64,000 nt of DNA from Polynucleobacter sp. (GTDB taxonomy: Bacteria; Pseudomonadota; Gammaproteobacteria; Burkholderiales; Burkholderiaceae), in contig JAXIUI010000008.1 in assembly GCA_034680725.1 (NCBI GenBank), forward strand, positions 5,450-69,449. The letters run 5' to 3'. Of this stretch, positions 62,067-64,000 are shown piece after piece. The position numbers and the translations under genes are program-made. Under the pieces are notes generated by a model. The model was not told where the DNA came from. It ran no database searches and was given only the letters and a program-made list of their open reading frames with translations. Every line of letters starts with the position of its first letter. The first letter of the stretch is position 1.

Positions 62067-63002
62067 ATGAATAAGAGTTCCGAGCTGATATTTGCTCCAG
62101 AATTGGATCAGCCCGTTCGATATATTGAGCGGACTCGTAACTACTATCTTGGCTTGGGATATGAAAAACCCTATGTTTGGGCTCATTACCTTGCAGTTCC
62201 CTTTGCCCCTCTAAAAAAACCCTTGAATCAATCCGTCTTGGGGTTGGTGACTACTGCAGTGCCGTTTGATCCCAGTAAAGGCGCTCAGGGTCCCGGCGCC
62301 CCCTACAACGCAACTGCTAAGTTTTATGAGCCCTATGCCCGATCAATCCAAGAGAATGCTGATCTACGCATTGCTCATGTGGGAGTTGATCGGAAAAACG
62401 CCAATATGGAAGATAGCAATTGCTGGTTTCCATTGGATGCAGCAAAACGTGCTTTAGCAAAAGGGCGCGTCCAAAAAATCGCTGAGAATTTTTATGGCTT
62501 GCCAACCAATCGGAGTCAAAGGCATACCCTTGAAATTGACGCGCCACTGATCTTGAGTCAGTTACGTTCAGACGGTGTGGATGTTGCTGTGCTCATTCCA
62601 AATTGCCCTATCTGCCATCAAAGTCAAAGCTTGCTGGCGCGTTATCTAGAAGAGGCCGGTATTCCAACAGTAGTGATGGGCGCGGCAAAAGATATTGTTG
62701 AATATTGCGGGGTACCCCGTTTTCTATTTAGCGACTTTCCTTTAGGTAATGCCGCCGCTTTACCAAATAATCTTCAATCACAGGATCAGAATTTTGAATT
62801 AGCATTGCGCCTTTTAGAAAGTGCTCCAGCACCTCGCACTACAGTTCAGTCACCATTGATTTGGTCAGAGGATCCGGTCTGGAAATTGGATTATTCGAAT
62901 CTTGAAAGACTATCGGCTGAAGAAATTGTCCGCTTACGTGAAGAGGCGGAGGCAGTACGTATTACCGCGCGTGAGCTAAGAATAAAGAGCGTAGGCGCTT
63001 AG
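62067..63002 (+). CDS. PrdB/GrdB-like protein (glycine/D-proline reductase selenoprotein B family), Cys-containing
   Basis: GLVTTA, D.NC.FP.D, PNCPICHQ..L.R.LEEAGIPTV, PR.LF.DFPLG; no in-frame TGA. Confidence 0.75.
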   Translation: MNKSSELIFAPELDQPVRYIERTRNYYLGLGYEKPYVWAHYLAVPFAPLKKPLNQSVLGLVTTAVPFDPSKGAQGPGAPYNATAKFYEPYARSIQENADLRIAHVGVDRKNANMEDSNCWFPLDAAKRALAKGRVQKIAENFYGLPTNRSQRHTLEIDAPLILSQLRSDGVDVAVLIPNCPICHQSQSLLARYLEEAGIPTVVMGAAKDIVEYCGVPRFLFSDFPLGNAAALPNNLQSQDQNFELALRLLESAPAPRTTVQSPLIWSEDPVWKLDYSNLERLSAEEIVRLREEAEAVRITARELRIKSVGA

Positions 63003-64000
63003 GTTTGTCTAGATAAGGAATATTTGCATAGCGCATGAAGCGCATTGCTGGCTTCATTTTGTGGGAATTTTTCGAGGAATTGAATAGCCAGATCAACTTC
63101 TCTTTTTGCTGCCGCTTGTGTGTAATCAAGTGCACCTGAGTTTTGTACCGCACTCAGAATTTGTGCAAAAACATCTTCTGGTAAATCTTGATTTTGCTCG
63201 ATGGCGGCGCGCACTAAAAGCTGTTCTTCAGTGCTGCCATGCTCCAATAAGTAGATCAATGGAAGGGTAGGCTTGCCCTCTCGTAAGTCATCACCGGCAT
63301 TTTTACCCATTTGAGAGGCTTGTGCGGTGTAATCTAATAAATCATCCATGAGTTGGAACGCTGTGCCAATATGACGACCAAAAGCAGCAGCTTCTCGTTG
63401 GCGCTCAATATTTGCTTTTGCCAGAATTGCTCCAAGCTCAGTAGATGCTTCAAATAATTTTGCGGTTTTATAGCGAATGACTTGTAAGTAGCTCTGCTCA
63501 TCTACCTCAGGGTCATTCATATTCAGAAGTTGTAAAACCTCGCCTTCAGCAATCGTATTGGTCGCATCTGAAAGAATTTCCATGACCCGCAAGTCATTTG
63601 GCTTAACCATCATCTGAAAAGCCCTGGAATAGAGAAAATCTCCCACTAAAACGCTAGCCGCATTGCCAAAAGCCGCATTGGCAGTCTCGCGACCTCTTCT
63701 GAGAGTAGATTCATCCACTACATCATCATGCAGCAAGGTAGCGGTATGGATAAATTCCACTACGGCAGCTAGTTCTAGGGCATGAGGCGTTTCTTGACCA
63801 TTTGCCAGTGATTTATTGACTAAAAGCAGTAGCGCCGGCCTAACCCTTTTCCCGCCTGCCGAGATGATGTAGGACGAAATCTGGTCAATCAGGGCGACTT
63901 TTGAGGCCAGGCGAAGACGGATAAGCTCATCTAAGGCCTTGAAATCTAAGGAGATTGGGGCCAATATTTGGCTTAATTCATTGGTTTTGACAGTGCTCGT
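62999..64000 (-). CDS. ispB: Octaprenyl diphosphate synthase (5' end beyond the window)
   Basis: GGKR.RP, LLHDDVVD, GDFL, FQLMDDLLD, GKN.GDDLREGK. The frame stays open to base 64000 (TSTVKTNELSQILAP...). Confidence 0.95.
   Translation of the reverse strand, partial: TSTVKTNELSQILAPISLDFKALDELIRLRLASKVALIDQISSYIISAGGKRVRPALLLLVNKSLANGQETPHALELAAVVEFIHTATLLHDDVVDESTLRRGRETANAAFGNAASVLVGDFLYSRAFQMMVKPNDLRVMEILSDATNTIAEGEVLQLLNMNDPEVDEQSYLQVIRYKTAKLFEASTELGAILAKANIERQREAAAFGRHIGTAFQLMDDLLDYTAQASQMGKNAGDDLREGKPTLPLIYLLEHGSTEEQLLVRAAIEQNQDLPEDVFAQILSAVQNSGALDYTQAAAKREVDLAIQFLEKFPQNEASNALHALCKYSLSRQT

Noticed and set aside
22-62547. Many 60-180 aa ORF-track entries antisense to or out of frame with real genes (e.g. 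832-1356, 15387-15845, 26985-27467, 42938-43489, 45429-45908)
   Set aside because: They lie over well-supported genes, show no family motifs and have the composition of shadow frames.
62067-63002. Selenocysteine recoding in the PrdB-like gene
   Set aside because: There is no in-frame TGA; the catalytic position is a Cys codon.
1-64000. tRNA, rRNA, CRISPR arrays, IS elements, integrases, prophage genes
   Set aside because: All intergenic spacers were read. None shows a cloverleaf with T-arm, periodic repeat-spacer units, terminal inverted repeats around an ORF, or transposase motifs.

Overview
Intact, densely packed bacterial chromosome segment, roughly mid-40s % GC by eye. Gene order and protein style point to Burkholderiaceae, most likely Polynucleobacter (inference, not a database result). 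Core content: hemA-prfA-prmC-grxD-rmuC-MFS; ubi hydroxylase-dsbC-M61 peptidase-ung; ychF; rpe-trpEGDC; apaG; mltA; bioAFD and a divergent bioB-coq7; the complete dcw cluster (mraZ to ftsZ) followed by a peroxiredoxin and lpxC; dciA; secA-argJ; zapD-coaE; a trimmed pilBCD triad; and ispB, cut by the window edge. Accessory-looking parts: a PemK/MazF plus DUF3018-type toxin-antitoxin cassette flanked by 7-bp direct repeats; a divergent winged-helix regulator and stand-alone MASE1-like membrane protein; and a 6-kb block of ogt, a squalene-synthase-like gene, an SSS transporter, a PanE-like reductase, an FAH-family protein and a Cys-type PrdB/GrdB-like protein. I found no rRNA, tRNA, CRISPR array, transposase or integrase, and no clear pseudogene. 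Best leads read from the sequence: an unannotated 37-aa membrane peptide between apaG and mltA; a near-consensus LexA box upstream of the dcw cluster; an 82-nt hairpin between ftsZ and the peroxiredoxin; repeated -10 hexamers 6-8 nt before start codons, suggesting leaderless mRNAs; an orphan palindrome between bioA and bioB; and the wHTH/MASE1 and PrdB-like orphans. All function calls come from motif recognition by eye; no searches were run.
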